64,000 bases of DNA from Eledone cirrhosa (taxonomy: Eukaryota), in contig OZ024753.1 in NCBI GenBank assembly GCA_964016885.1, forward strand, positions 37,510,001-37,574,000. Reading direction: 5' to 3'. Numbering within the stretch: the stretch's first letter is position 1; the number at the start of each line of letters is the position of its first letter. A program made the position numbers and the translations under genes. Of this stretch, positions 33,892 to 50,058 are shown piece by piece. Below the pieces are notes generated by a model, which was not told the DNA's origin, did no database searches, and was given only the letters and a program-made list of their open reading frames with translations.

Positions 33892-34682
33892 ATATTTATG
33901 TATATATATATATATTTATATATATACAAATATAAATTAGCGAGAATCGTATTTCGGTTTTGGAATTAGCGAAAAACAACTTCCTATATATATATAGGGC
34001 GGGTAAAATTCTCGATATATATATATATTATATATATATATAGGCTCATAGCTTAGTGGTTAGTGCACTTGGCTTGCAATCGAAAAGTTGTGAGTTCAAT
34101 TCTCGGACCGGGTGATATTTCACGTTGCTCCAATTTACTCAGCTGTAGAAATGAGATGATAGGGACTGAAGCCCCTATCATTAAATCACCCAAGACACCT
34201 CCAACGAGATATACCTTGGAGGAGGCCAGCTAAACCTGCATAGGTGTGAGCTGTATAACAACATAACACTACGTGTGTGTGAGTGCATGTGTCTATCTGT
34301 GTGTGTGTGTATGTATGTGTGTATTTACATGAATGTATGTGTGCGTATAGAACTCCTCGAGTATTGAAACATATCGTTTAAATATCAAAGGTAAACCGTC
34401 TGCCAGCTAATAACATAACAGAGTACATGAAATAACTGATAAGGAGTGAAAGTCTAACAGGTGATCTCGGCATTTCATTGGCAACCTCTATTATTGTTTT
34501 CACTGATGAGTAGATAATAATAGCCAGACACTGCTGCCTCATGTTTAACTGGTTAAACGTGGAAGAATGTGTCTGTATGTACGTTGTATACATCAGGTAT
34601 GTGGGTATTTTGTATATATGTGTGTGTGTATGTATGTGTGTATGTATGTGTGTGTATGTATGTGTGTATATATATGTGTGAA

Positions 34683-34800
34683 GGCGTGTGGCTGAGTGGT
34701 TAGAGAATTGGATTCGCAATCGTAAGGTTGTGAGTTCGATTCCTGGACCAGGCGATGCGTTATGTCCTTGAGCAAGACACTTCATTTCACGTTGCTCCTT
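34683..34800 (+). mobile_element. tRNA-derived SINE family 2 with CORE-like block (diverged relatives near 4902, 6720, 8355, 32040, 34043 and, on - strand, 29530-29630 and 47205-47345)
   Basis: TGGCTGAGTGG A box, GAGTTCGATTCC B box, then GTCCTTGAGCAAGACACTT resembling the CORE-SINE block. Confidence 0.7.
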
Positions 34801-36647
34801 CTACCTTGAGTTGCGACCGATAGATAGTATTAGCAATTGGAAAGACCAACGGAAACATTGTTCCCTCGGTCCGATTTGACGAAAGTCGATCGTTCCTTTA
34901 ATATGTGTGTGTATAGATGGATAGATGTGTGTGTATGTATGTGTGTATGGATGGATGTGTGTGCATATGTATGTGTGTATGTGTGTATGTATGTGTGTGT
35001 ATGGATGTGTGTGTATGTGTGTATATATGTGTGTGTATAGATGGATAGATGAGTGTGTATGTGTGTATATATGTGTGTGTATAGATGGATAGATGTGTGT
35101 ATGGATGGATGTGTGTATGTGTGTGTATGGATGGATGTGTGTGTGTATGTATGTGTGTATGTGTGTATGGATGTGTGTGTATGTGTGTATATATGTGTGT
35201 GTATAGATGGATAGATGTGTGTGTATGTATGTGTGTATGGATGGATGTGTGTGTATATGTATGTGTGTATGTGTGTGTATAGATGTGTGTGTATGTGTGT
35301 ATATATGTGTGTGTATATATGTGTGTGTATAGATGGATAGATGAGTGTGTATGTGTGTTTATATGTGTGTGTATAGATGGATAGATGTGTGTGTGTATGT
35401 ATGTGTGTATGGATGGATGTGTGTATGTGTGTATGGATGGATGGGTGTGTATATGTATGTGTGTATGTATGTGTGTGTATGGATGTGTGTGTATGTGTGT
35501 ATATATGTGTGTGTATAGATGGATAGATGTGTGTGTATGTGTGTATATATGTGTGTGTATGTGTGTGTATGGATGTGTGTGTGTATATGTATGTGTGTAT
35601 CTGTGTATGTATGTGTGTGGGTCAATTCAATCGGTTTTCCTCTCCCCCAAATGATTGGCTTTGTGCCTAAATCTGCAACCATTACCAATATTCATCATGT
35701 ATTTATTAGTGGACATATCGTTATAAAAATTTACAGTATTAACATAAAAATATAATTTTTAATGTGATGCAGTCATGGTGTTTTGTTTTTCTTTGTTTAA
35801 CTTCATTTTTTTTTTGGGGGGGGGGGGGTATTTTTTGACAAAATATTGTTAGTATGGTTCCATGTGATTTGTTAATTCAATTGTTTACTAGTGAACAAAT
35901 TGTAAAAATCTATAGTATTAGTGTTAAGACTTTAATTCTTTATGAGAAGCAGTCATAGTGATGTTTTGCACTTTTGAAGAATGTTTAGCTAATGCGACTT
36001 CATGTGGTACAGGATGTTTGATTCGTCCAGAACTAATTCTAGTCTCGTTAATCATATTGTTATGTAGCTGAATACTACTAGAGATCATTCCACATTTCTA
36101 GTTAAATGTTTATCTCAAAAGGTTAACAGCTGACATGGATTACGAAAATATCTTTAAGGTGATGAGTTCTATAAAGTGTTGTAAAATGTTTAGCATTCTA
36201 TGTGAAAATGTTTACAGTTTTTTTTCTTTTACTCTCGGTGCCTATGAAACACGATAAAGCTTAACACTTTCGTTTCCATTTTCAAAATAATCAAGAATTT
36301 CCAAAGTAATCAAAGATTTGAATGTATATATTAACGTAAAAAACTTTCTCATTATTAAGCTGGCGTTTGAAATATAGCTTAACAAAAGTTCTTACATAAA
36401 ATTATAATGGAATAACTTTGGATAAATATAATTACTTTAACCCTTTCGCTACCATATTTCTAAACAAAGATACTGCCTATGAGTATCAAATAGCTTTGAA
36501 AATACTCAAAACTTTTTAAGGATTCAGTAATATAACTAACTTTCTCATGATCAAGTTATAATTCGGTAAAGTTGTTACGTAAAATTATGGTGGAAGGTTT
36601 TTATACACAACCGGTTTCAGGTGGTTCGGTATATATATACACACACT

Positions 36648-36696
<49 letters not shown>

Positions 36697-36697
36697 T

Positions 36698-37047
<350 letters not shown>

Positions 37048-37049
37048 AT

Positions 37050-37202
37050 TAAAATAACAGATTAAAGTTCAAGCAAAGAATCGCTGCTTTTACCCTTAAC
37101 AGGATCTTCTGAAACTCTATGGTTTTTATATATTTGATATATATATATATTATCCTTATCGAGCCCTCTTCGGATTTTAGTCTTCACATTTATTATTATT
37201 AC
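37050..37202. repeat. TA-associated dispersed repeat (other copies 7406-7552 and 33246-33368)
   Basis: Shared TAAAATAACAGATTAAA...GGATCTTCTGAAACT and GGATTTTAGTCTTC blocks. The first block is inverted in the 7406 copy. Confidence 0.7.
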
Positions 37203-37587
37203 TCTGTTTGTGTGTGTTTATATATATACATATATATATATGCGAAACGAAAGTGAATGCTAGTTAGTGCCGAGACGAGTTTCTCTTTTTTGTTGTTCTT
37301 TCCTATACTTATCAAAGCTTAACAAGTCTTAAAAGACTGAAGACTTAAAGAAAAGGAAATGTAGGACAGCTGACGTAAACAAAACATTGAATTCCTCTCG
37401 AATTGTTTTCCTCTTCTTTAGATATTTCCCTTCGTCTGTTTATTTGCTCACATAGAACTCTTTGTTGTTTCATCACATCCTACTTCTTTCTTGTAAGCCA
37501 AAGAAAAAAGAAATTTTCACTATGCTCATATATATTATAAATAAATACATGTTCACATGCATATGTAAGGATATATATATACGCACA

Positions 37588-37673
<86 letters not shown>

Positions 37674-37761
37674 TTGTAATATAATGAAACGAAATTTCAT
37701 TTCTCACTCTTAGTACGTATACATCTGTATACATATATTTATGTACGTATACATACATACT

Positions 37762-37812
<51 letters not shown>

Positions 37813-37908
37813 CTACGCGCATAGGCACGTAGAGGTACACACATACACATACATACACGCTTTCATGCACTCACACACACATGTGCAAACACCACACAAA
37901 TACATACA

Positions 37909-37943
<35 letters not shown>

Positions 37944-38310
37944 CATTTTATATATATTAACATTTTATATATATTAACTATATATATATATATATATATA
38001 TTAACATTTTCATGCCAAGGAGTTGACATATTGTGTGTGTGTGTGTGTTTGTTTTTTTTTTCTCCAATAAATCTATTTGAAAGTTGAAGAGTAGAAATCT
38101 CGTATTTCTTTGATTGATTCGTGTTCTGACAGACAACAACTCTCTAGATGTATTTCTTTCACAACATATTGGGAAATATGGCGGTGGATGGTTAACATCT
38201 TTAAACAAACAAAACATATTAAATAAAATAAACTTTGATTAATGTAATGGAGGTTAATTTAACTCGATACGTTAATGATATTTTTCTTCATTATCAAAGC
38301 TGTTAAGTAT

Positions 38311-39186
38311 TGTTCACGATTTCACCGAACTTATATTCATGGAAATTTGGGACTTGACTCCTTCTTCCTCACTTTTCGTTGCTTCACCATCTTTGTTTGT
38401 TTACACTCTCGTGTCCCCTTTATTTACGTGTCCCAACGACTTTTTTTAGCCGTTGCTCGCACCAACCGGTGGTATATGGTCTTTAAAGCGATGAAATACC
38501 AATAATGGTTGGAAGATCACTGATGAAGGACTAACTTTATTCATATGTAACCCATTAGCAGCCCCCGCAGCACGTTTATTCTCATATTTACACATATTTT
38601 TCCCCCCGCTATGACCCGTCTATTTCGTTCTTACTGCTTCCTCTTTCTGTGTATCTTTGCCCTCTCTAACAGTCACTCTCTCTGTTAGCCTCTTCCTCAC
38701 CCTTCACTCACTCACTCTCTGTTACTACCTCTCCTCCTCCTCCTCCTTCTTCCCGTTTGACCTGTGTGTAATTCTTTTTTTTCGCACCCTTGGTCAGGCA
38801 GGTCGCTTTTTTTCTCTCTCTCGTCTACGATTTCACAGAACTTACGTTCACCGAATTCACAGACTAGATCCCTTCTTCCTCCCGTTAGACCTGTACGGAA
38901 TTCCTTCCTTGCTCACATTCCAACCATGTTTGATGGTCTTTATTCTCTCTCGTTCACGATTTCACCGAACTTATATTCATGGAAATTTGGGACTTGACTC
39001 CTTCTGCCTCACTTTTCGTTACTTCACCATCTTTGTTTGTTTACACTCTCGTGTCCCCTTTATTTACGTGTCCCAACGACTTTTTTTAGCCGTTGCTCGC
39101 ACCAAGCGGAGATATATGGTCTTTAAAGCGATGAAATACCAATGATGGTTGGAAGATCACTGATGAAGGACAAACTTTATTCATAT
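38311..39186. repeat. ~235-bp direct duplication (38311-38546 and 38952-39186)
   Basis: Near-identical sequence from GTTCACGATTTCACCGAAC to ACTTTATTCATAT. Confidence 0.88.
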
Positions 39187-39307
39187 ATATATATATATAT
39201 ATATACATATATAATATATACATATATAACTGGACTACATCTCAGTGGACTACATCTCAGTGGACTACCTATAACAATAATTTGTTATCCCGTATATATA
39301 TATATGT

Positions 39308-39425
<118 letters not shown>

Positions 39426-39463
39426 ATCTCTCTTTACCTTTTACATATATATATATGGCACAG

Positions 39464-39507
<44 letters not shown>

Positions 39508-39536
39508 CATATATATATATACATATATATATATAC

Positions 39537-39590
<54 letters not shown>

Positions 39591-39613
39591 TGTTATCTCT
39601 CTTTACCTTTTAC

Positions 39614-39645
<32 letters not shown>

Positions 39646-39786
39646 GAAAAGTGTAATTTTCTACACAAAACGAAGGTTATAGAGAAAATTGAGGTTGGTA
39701 ATGGCACATGGAATATATAAGAGACAGAATACTTTTTTGTGAAAAACATATAATTTTATAAGGTAAGGAAATAATAAAGGGTATAA

Positions 39787-39834
39787 AAAATGACCGGTTT
39801 CGATGGGTCTGCAAAAGCCATCTTTTCAAATGTT
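39787..39834 (-). ncRNA. Hammerhead, U3-A8 core variant
   Basis: Minus strand AACAT-TTGAAAA-GATGG...CCATC-GAAA-CCGGTC^ATTTT. Stem I has one mismatch. Confidence 0.65.
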
Positions 39835-40144
39835 GATTAATATTAAGAAAAATTAATAATACGAAGAGTTAAAATTTGAGATTTGAAAATTCAAGTATAA
39901 AATTCATTGTGGGATTTCATAGTAGTTTTCATCTAGGTAGCAACAACAAGTTGACTGCTGTGTCCCTTTCTGGTAGTGAATGAGAAGTTATTTGGGGTGT
40001 GGGTTATTTTATAAAGGTCAGATTTAGCAATGGCCAACTGGCCAGCTGCTGGTCAGTGAGGGGGTGGAAGCAATATACATACATATATCTTCCTGTGGTG
40101 GGTAGGAGAGTGGCCATTGCTAAATCTGACCTTTATAAAACCTC

Positions 40145-40251
<107 letters not shown>

Positions 40252-40321
40252 CATATATATATATACATATATATATATATACATATATATATATACATAT
40301 ATATATACATATATATATTGT

Positions 40322-40407
<86 letters not shown>

Positions 40408-40476
40408 CATATATATATATGCATATATATATATACATATATATATACATATATATATTGTTATCTCTGTTTACCT

Positions 40477-40518
<42 letters not shown>

Positions 40519-41323
40519 CTTTCATGCATACTTACAAACATCATATATACATACATACATACATACATACATACATACATACATACATACATACATACAT
40601 ACTTACTTACTTACATACATACACACACACACACATACATACATACATACATACATACATACATACATACATACATACATACATACATACATACATACTT
40701 ACATACATACACACACACACACACATACATACATACATACATACATACATACATACATACATACATACATACATACATACATACATACATACATACATAC
40801 ATACATACATACATACATGTTATGGTCTCGCCGCTATTATCTTAATCAAGTTCTAAATCTCTCCTTAATGAAAGCCTGAATCAAAGGAATCTTCAGACAT
40901 TACTAACAAGCTTCAGATGATGGACATGTGACTTACAGACACGTGACACAATCATATCAGACATATCAAACATATGAACTTGAAATCGTTTTCTGTTGCC
41001 AACATTCGTGCTTCACTGAACTAATAAAGCAATTCAATGATAAACACTGCCGGTTCGTCACGGTTGATTTCGTTGTTTATCTTAAATTAATTACGGGAAA
41101 TAGTTTTTACGAAAACTTTTATGGTGTTTTTCTGTTATTGTTTTCTTATATTTGGGGGAGGGGGGGGGGGTCTATTTTTCCATTTTTTTTTTTTTTTTTG
41201 TAGCGGTGCTTTTACATTATCGATGATTTTTTTTTTTTTTTTTGCATCATGATGATGATGATGTCGTCGTAGACTGTTTTAAAAGTTATGAGTTCGTATT
41301 TCAGGCTGCCATTTTGTGTGTGT

Positions 41324-41383
<60 letters not shown>

Positions 41384-41952
41384 TGTAGCAATAATATGAT
41401 CACATAGCGATACTAAACGGATGTATTTTTTATACATAAACATATCGCATATACCTCAATATACAACCATTGACTGCTACTTCATTTTATCGACTCAAAG
41501 AATCAAAGAATCAAAAAATCAAAGGTTACCTTGACATCACCTTCATTGATTTGAACCAGAACAAATATCACAATCGCTTTTATCCGATGTTATATCAATC
41601 CTGCTAACACAACACCTTTAATGTCATAACTATATTAATAACTTATACAACACTTACGGCAATTAATATTACTGGCTACATATTCTCCTGGCTAGGAAGC
41701 GAAGATGCCCTTGAAACAGTCAGTGAATTTGGCAACGGTGAGTGGTTAAATACCTTTACACTTACAGCGTCAATATTATCATTTTTCAGCAAGATTAAAT
41801 GTGTGTTAAGCATGATGTTAGTGTAAACATTAAATATGCTTTCATAATCTGAACTCTTTAGTATCATACTGCGTGGCGTTTCATATTTCATATAATTGTT
41901 TCTACTTTTTCATATAATGATATGTGTATGAGTACGTGTATGTATGTATATA

Positions 41953-42005
<53 letters not shown>

Positions 42006-42055
42006 ATTAATTCAAATATGTAAAATTTGACTTCGTTTATTATAAATTAAAAATT

Positions 42056-42110
42056 ACTGCTATATATATTTCGATGACAGCCATCATAGGCTGTGACCTC
42101 TTCAGGCAGT
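42056..42110 (-). ncRNA. Type I hammerhead ribozyme, relative of 43110-43167
   Basis: Minus strand ACTGC-CTGAAGA-GGTCACAGCC tatgat GGCTGTCATC-GAAA-TATATATA^GCAGT. Compensatory T-A to C-G change in stem II. Confidence 0.88.
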
Positions 42111-42246
42111 TCGAATTGGTGTGGGAAAGACAGGTACACATGTTCTTGAGGTGTGTTTTACTCCGTCAATACATCGATATGTCCAGCTCCTGGGTGTGTT
42201 GTTATTCCTCCGAGGAACTGGAATCATATCTGGAATATATATATAC

Positions 42247-42277
<31 letters not shown>

Positions 42278-42314
42278 GATGTGAGAAAAACCACAGAACC
42301 TCCATCTCAACTCA

Positions 42315-42352
42315 CCTTTTGAAAAGCAGAAGAACTGCGAAACCGGTAAAGG
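42315..42352 (+). ncRNA. Minimal hammerhead, U3-A8 core variant
   Basis: CCTT-TTGAAAA-GCAG aagaa CTGC-GAAA-CCGGTA^AAGG. All three stems pair, and stem III ACCGGT is palindromic. Confidence 0.8.
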
Positions 42353-42421
42353 AACCAAATAAATATATATATTTTTTTTAAAAATAAGACTTCGGTTGCA
42401 TTTTCGATTTCATCTCTTTTT

Positions 42422-42492
<71 letters not shown>

Positions 42493-42748
42493 TTGTCAGC
42501 AATTAAATGTATTAAACTAAAATTTGATTTTTTATATTTTGTATCTCGGCTCTGCAATACATTTGCTAATTTACATTGAGCCTTTTCTCTTACTGGTAAT
42601 TACCTAGTGCTTAGTACTACCCTCCATATTTATAATTATATATAACTCATATATAATATATATAATATATATAACTATATATATAATTATATAATTATAT
42701 ATAATTATATATAATTATATATAACTCATATATAAGTATAAATATTAT

Positions 42749-42791
<43 letters not shown>

Positions 42792-42916
42792 TAAAATTTA
42801 ACGGGTATATATATATAAACTAGACAGAGTCATAGATATAGATATATTATGTTTTTGGCAACCATTCACGGTGTGGCTCAATGAAGAATTAATTAAATAA
42901 TTAATAATCAGATATA

Positions 42917-43037
<121 letters not shown>

Positions 43038-43044
43038 TGTCTCC

Positions 43045-43199
43045 GTGTCCCAAGGCTCTGATACCATCAACACTATAAATACAGAGTTGGCATATCTAAG
43101 AACTGACTAACTGCCTGATGAGGTCATAGCCATTCAATGGCTATCATCGAAATATATATATAGCAGTAAATAAAGAATTATGAGTTCATGCAATTGACT

Positions 43200-43202
<3 letters not shown>
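43045..43202 (+). mobile_element. HHR-bearing mini element (second copy at 7748-7905, - strand)
   Basis: ~160 bp shared at high identity in opposite orientation between the two loci. Both lie in dinucleotide repeats. Confidence 0.8.
43110..43167 (+). ncRNA. Type I hammerhead ribozyme
   Basis: ACTGC-CTGATGA-GGTCATAGCCAT tca ATGGCTATCATC-GAAA-TATATATATA^GCAGT. 5-bp stem I. Confidence 0.88.
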
Positions 43203-43235
<33 letters not shown>

Positions 43236-44713
43236 CATATGTACAGACATATATATATAGGCAAATAAGACGAACAAAGAGAAGTCTGCTGTCTTTGTCA
43301 GAAACTTTACGAAATTATCAGTCGTTCCAATAACCAAGAAAGTGATGAACGTTTTGTACGTTACACAAAGGAAAGGAGATGAGCTTCGATTATGTAGCCC
43401 CTGATAGTGATAAATTATTAATAAGTATCACCCACAAATTTTATGTACAGCTATACCAAAGCTTCCTAAAGAACGTGTGTCCTTTCTCACCCACATCCAC
43501 GCAGGAAATGCCCAAGAGGCATATTTGGGACAATGTTTAGAATACATGTTTCGGAATAAATGAGGATGTTCGGATTAAACGCAGATGTTGGCTTTTTATC
43601 ATGCGTGTTTCCATGTGTGTGTATATGTGTGTGTTGTAGTATATGTGTGTGTTGTAGTATATCTGCGTGTCCGTGTGTGCGTGTGTCCATGTGTGTGTCC
43701 TCGACTTTGAAGTTTCTGGGATATTTACATCTCAAATGATATCTAATTTTTGAAACATCCTATATAATATAATATAATATAGTATAATATAATATAATAT
43801 AGTATAATATAATATAATTGTTTCTACTTTTGGCACAAGGCCAGCAATTACCCAGTACATTACTGGTACTTTATTTTATCGACCCCGTAAGGATGAAAGG
43901 CAAAGTTAACCTCGGCGGGATTTGAACTCAGACCGTAAAGGGACGTAACTATGCTGGAAAGCATGGCGTCCGACTCTCTACTGATACTGCCAATCCACCG
44001 CCTAATATAATATAATATAATATAATATAATATAATATAGTATAGTATAACATAGTATAATATAATATAATATAATATAATATAATATAATATAATATAA
44101 TATAATATAATATAATATAATATAATATAATATAATATAATATAATATAATATAATATAATATAATATAATATAATATAATATAATTTAATATAATATAA
44201 TATAATATAATATAATATAATATAATATAATTTAATATAATATAATATAATATAATATAATAGTTTCAGATTTAGGCACAAGGCCAACAATTTTGCGAGA
44301 AAAGGAGAGTCGATTAAATTGGTCTCAGCGCATTACTGGTACTTTATTTTATGTCTGAATAAATACAGAGTATGTAACCGAGACTGCACCAACTCTTACT
44401 ATTATATGATATAATATAATGTAACATAATATAATATAATACAATACAATACAATATAATATAATATAATATAATATAATATAGGAATTTTAAAATATAT
44501 GAAACGTCGTCGTTTGGAAGAGACGAAGTATTAGAGGTATGGATGAGTAAGTATAAAAGTAAATATATGTTGACCTTCTCTTTAAGTAGGACTAAATTAT
44601 AGACATGTGTATTGCTTGTAGCTATTAAAGTATAGACACACGAACATCTCCCCTCTAGTTGTATAACTTAGACCAGAAAAATATAATACTACTACTGCTG
44701 CAGGTGCTGTTGG

Positions 44714-44753
<40 letters not shown>

Positions 44754-44786
44754 GCTGCTGCTACTACTACTACCACCACCACCACC

Positions 44787-44906
<120 letters not shown>

Positions 44907-46297
44907 GGTGGTGGTTGTAGTAGTAGTGGTGGTGGTGGTTGTAGTAGTAGTAGTGGTGGTGGTTGTAGTAGTAGTAGTGGTGGTTGTAGTGGTAGTAGTA
45001 GTAGTAATAGTAGTGGTGGTAGTAGTAGTAGTAGTGGTGGTAGTAGTAGTAGTGGTGGTGGTGGTGGTGGTGGTTGTGGTGCTGATGTTGATAGTGGTGG
45101 TGAGGATGATAGGGATGATGACGTTGTAGTTTTTGTTGTTGGGGTGGGGGCGGGGATGATGAAGAAGAAGAAGAAGAAGAAGAAGAAGAAGAAGAAGAAG
45201 AAGAAGAAGAAGAAGAAGAAGAATGATGATTTTGATGATGGTGATAAAAAGTAGTTATTTATTTTGTCTTCTTCCAGGCCACTACAACACTTCAACCGAT
45301 CGCCTCAACCACTCAGTTAGTCTGACAATCAGTCAGTTGGTCGGGCTGTCTGTCAGTTGGTCTGTCTGTTGGTCGGTCTGTCTGTCGGTTGATCTGTTTG
45401 GTCTGTCAGTCAGCCGGTCGGCCGGTGGTTCCATTCCTTCCGGATCGCTCTCCTTGAATTAAACAACAAATTCCACTCGACTAAAAATAATATGCCGTCG
45501 ACTAAAGAACTCCTTGGTTGTTGGTAAAACCAGACATTGTGGCAGACATGATAGGCACCGTCTTGCCCTTGTCGGGTAACTCAAGACACTCTATTGGCCC
45601 CTTCATACCCTTGTCGGCTAAATCAAGACATATTTGACGAGAAAATGTCCATGGGGCCAAAATGTCTGCTTTCCCCATGTTTTTTTTTTTAGATCTAATT
45701 GATGGCAGGATTTCTATCTATGTTGATGATGGCGAATATTGAGCCCCTTACCCCCACATTTTATAGGGCCTATGTATATGTGTGGGTACGTGTGTGTTTT
45801 CTGGTATGTATGTATGAGTGTGTGTGTGAGTTTGTGTGTATGTGCTTATATTTGTTGATCTATATATCAGCGTGTGTATGAGTGTGTTTGTGAGTAGTGT
45901 GTATCTGCGTATGTGTATGTGTGTGTGTGTGTGTGTGTCTGTGTATCAGCGTGTGTATTTGCGTATGAATGTGTGTGCGTTTGTGTGGTGTAGATGAGTG
46001 TTTGTGTATGTGGGTGCGTGTTTGTTTGTTGATCTGTTTATCAGCGTGTGTATGAGTGTGTTTGTGAGTAGTGTGTATCTGCGTATGTGTATGTGTGTGC
46101 GTGTCTGTGTATCAGCGTGTGTATTTGCGTATGAATGTGTGGTGTAGATGAGTGTTTGTGTATGTGGGTGCGTGTTTTTTTTTTGTATGTGTTTATGCCT
46201 ACTTGTGTCTGTATCTATGTATATGTATGGGATGAGGGAAAGGTTAGGAAAGGTTAAATAGTGTGCATTTTTGTGTGTACGTATGTATGTGTATGTG

Positions 46298-46330
<33 letters not shown>

Positions 46331-46680
46331 ATATGTGCGCGTGTGTCTATGTGTATGTGAAAGGGGTTAGGAAAGGGTTAAATGGTGTGTATGTTTTCAT
46401 AAGTAAAGATTTTACAGTTTTTACATGGGTCCCGGCACTCTTGTTATTTTAGTAACACTGTAAAAAATTTTAATCAGTTCATACAAATTTTAGTGTGTGT
46501 GTATATATGCATGTGTGTCGATACATACATACATACATACACACATACACACACACATACACACACAAATTGTAGGTATACATATGCAGGTATACACACA
46601 AACACATTTTTAGCTGCAGCTATGTAGATATAATTAATAGATAATAGATAATAGATATCGTAATTGAGTTATTGATTGTA

Positions 46681-46757
<77 letters not shown>

Positions 46758-46761
<4 letters not shown>

Positions 46762-47124
46762 TAAACGGAATAGAAAATGCTGACAAATTGTTCACAGTTG
46801 AAAAATGGTTTAATTAGGAATAAAAGAGTATTAGTGATTGTATGGGTTTGTATCAGTTTTGGTTGTATCAGTTGTGGTTTTAAGTTTTTAAGTTTTTACC
46901 GGTTGCGCATTTCTAAATGCTTTTCAAAAATAATTTTGAGATAGAGTGTCCGTGCTGTTTGCTCTGATCTTAAAAACTTAAAACCACAACTGAATACTAA
47001 CCCATACAATCACTAATACTCTTTTATTCCTAATTAAACCATTTTTCAACTGTGAACAATTTGTCAGCATTTTCTATTCCGTTTACCAATATATAATAAC
47101 TTGTGTGTTACACCTCTATTCTTT

Positions 47125-47128
<4 letters not shown>
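46758..47128. mobile_element. Short fold-back copy of the 16406-18579 family
   Basis: Minus arm 46758-46970, plus arm 46971-47128 with tail, (TA)n on both sides. Confidence 0.85.
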
Positions 47129-47208
<80 letters not shown>

Positions 47209-48165
47209 TTTTCCTTCAAAAGGCTTTAGTGAACCTGAGGTTATTGTAATATACATTTGCTTGGCCTAATGTGCCATGTGCCGCGCAGTGATATTGAACC
47301 GAGGCTCGCATAGCTGCAAACCGATCTTCTTAACAACTCAGGCGAGCAGCTTAGTGTCGCTTTTAAACCAAGTTACTGAATTATATGATCGTTTATGATC
47401 ATTAAAACTTCATTTAGATTCTTTCTACTAAAAACAAAGATCTAAGAAAATCTCCAGCTGAGCTAATATAAAATATAATAGAGAAATAAAAACTTATTCA
47501 GCCATCACAAGTGGTATGCTTAACCCTAAAACCCTAGCACCACCAACGGCGGCAGAATTATAAAAAAATATATATACTTTTTATCTAAGTTACCTCTAAG
47601 AAATGCTTGTGTTTTGTTTATTCTTTTTAACATATTTCGTTTTTCATTTCTTTGTTTTACAAGCGTATTTTCTAGTCAATTTATTTCTAAAGATGTATAT
47701 TTATTTGGTGCAAGATAATTGAATAGAAGTGAAGAACAAGTGTTATGATGTTATAGCAGCTGATATTAAAAATATATTAGCTATATCGACCTGATTAATC
47801 CATGTCAGCATTAGAGTTAAAGAGATTTTAATTCATCACGCATCTGTGTATGTTTATGTGTCGTTAAACCTAACATCCCTGAAAATTACACTTTGTTACC
47901 CTTCTTTTATTGATATTAGCAATAAATTACAACAATGTCGGTGGTGTTTATACGGATATAATACTTATGAATCTTTTCTTTTCTTTTCTTTTAGTGTTGA
48001 TAGTCAATTTTTTTTAAATTGTACTACGTTATCAGGAACATCATCTATGAATATAAACACACACAGACAAACACAGACACGCACAAACACACACATATAT
48101 ATATATATGTGTGTTTGTGTGTGTGTATTTATGTATATATCTATATATATATCTATATAACTATA

Positions 48166-48246
<81 letters not shown>

Positions 48247-48270
48247 GTCTTTGTATTTTATTATTACTAT

Positions 48271-48301
<31 letters not shown>

Positions 48302-48356
48302 TATAAAATATTAAACAAATAATGAACAAACAATTCCTTATATTAAACAAAAAAAG

Positions 48357-48511
48357 TTCACTATTTAACGATCGTTTCTAGGGTATATATGTGTTATAAT
48401 TGGTATGCATATTTAACAGATCTATGTACAAAATTATACAAAATTATACAAATTATCAAGATTAAATATACATACCTAACTCATATATACGCCGTCTTCA
48501 GAAATAATGAA
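48357..48511 (-). ncRNA. Hammerhead ribozyme, inverted copy of 58039-58193
   Basis: Reverse complement of the 58039-58193 motif. Confidence 0.87.
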
Positions 48512-49276
48512 GTATATTTATTGATAATAACAACAATTCAAAATATCAGTTCAAAATTGACCAATGAAAACACAAAGGGTTAAAAAGCAGTTTGGTGTGT
48601 GTATATACATGTAAAACCCTACACACATTTTACAATAATGTGTGTATAATCTGTATGTGCATACTAAAAAGATGGATGCAAATAAAAAATTTCAAGGTTA
48701 ATATCTCTGTAAGCTTAATGCGCTGATAAGATACGCAATGATACTTATGGAGTCAAGCATATAAATATATTTTTTTCATACTCACACATATCAGTATAAT
48801 CACACATACATGTGCGTATATATATAAATATACACATAACCACGAACACACAAACACACACACTCCCCCACTCACATTTATATATGTGGATATAAAATCA
48901 TAAGCAAATAGAAATTAAGTCACTCACATAAACACACTGGTACACACATTTCAAGATCAAGATACAGAAATTAGGTGGGAGGGGGGGGGGTCAGTATTAG
49001 ACTGTCAGACCAGACAACCTTAATATAAATGTATCTATAAATTATGAAAAATAAAAAAATAAAAACAATAAAATATATTACATATAATATAATGTACATA
49101 CGCATACAGATATACATACACATACATACATGTACGCGCACATAGAGATATCTATACATACATACATACACACATACCTATACTGTCATACACACACATA
49201 CATTTACACGAACATACACATACACATATAAAAAGATATAAATACGGACACACACACGCGCAACACATACATACAT

Positions 49277-49325
<49 letters not shown>

Positions 49326-49434
49326 TATACACACACACGTAGACTCATATATATATACATACACATACATACATTTATACACAAGCATATATATCCCACA
49401 CTCATATCACCATAAAAACACATACAAACATCCA

Positions 49435-49493
<59 letters not shown>

Positions 49494-49708
49494 ACATACA
49501 CACACGTACACACATATGTATATATACATACACATATACACACATACACATATATATATCCACACACACACATAAAATACAGACATGCACATATATATAT
49601 ATATATATATATATATTTCATTACTCTTATATATACACATAGTATATATACATACACAACCTCACTTATACACATATACACATAAGTTATATTACAATAA
49701 TAATAAAG

Positions 49709-49747
<39 letters not shown>

Positions 49748-49890
49748 TATACACACATATACACATATACATACACACACATACACATACATACATACAT
49801 ACACATACATACATACACCTAAATATAAACATATATAAATACACACATACGAATAAAGACATATATTCACACATAGACACCTATATACAC

Positions 49891-49926
<36 letters not shown>

Positions 49927-50027
49927 CTATATACACACACATACACATACATACACATATATATATATATATATATATAAATACACATATACACACACGC
50001 ACACACATACAGACACACATACACACT

Positions 50028-50058
<31 letters not shown>

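Noticed and set aside
38519-38546. CTGATGA in the 235-bp duplication
   Set aside because: No downstream stem II-GAAA.
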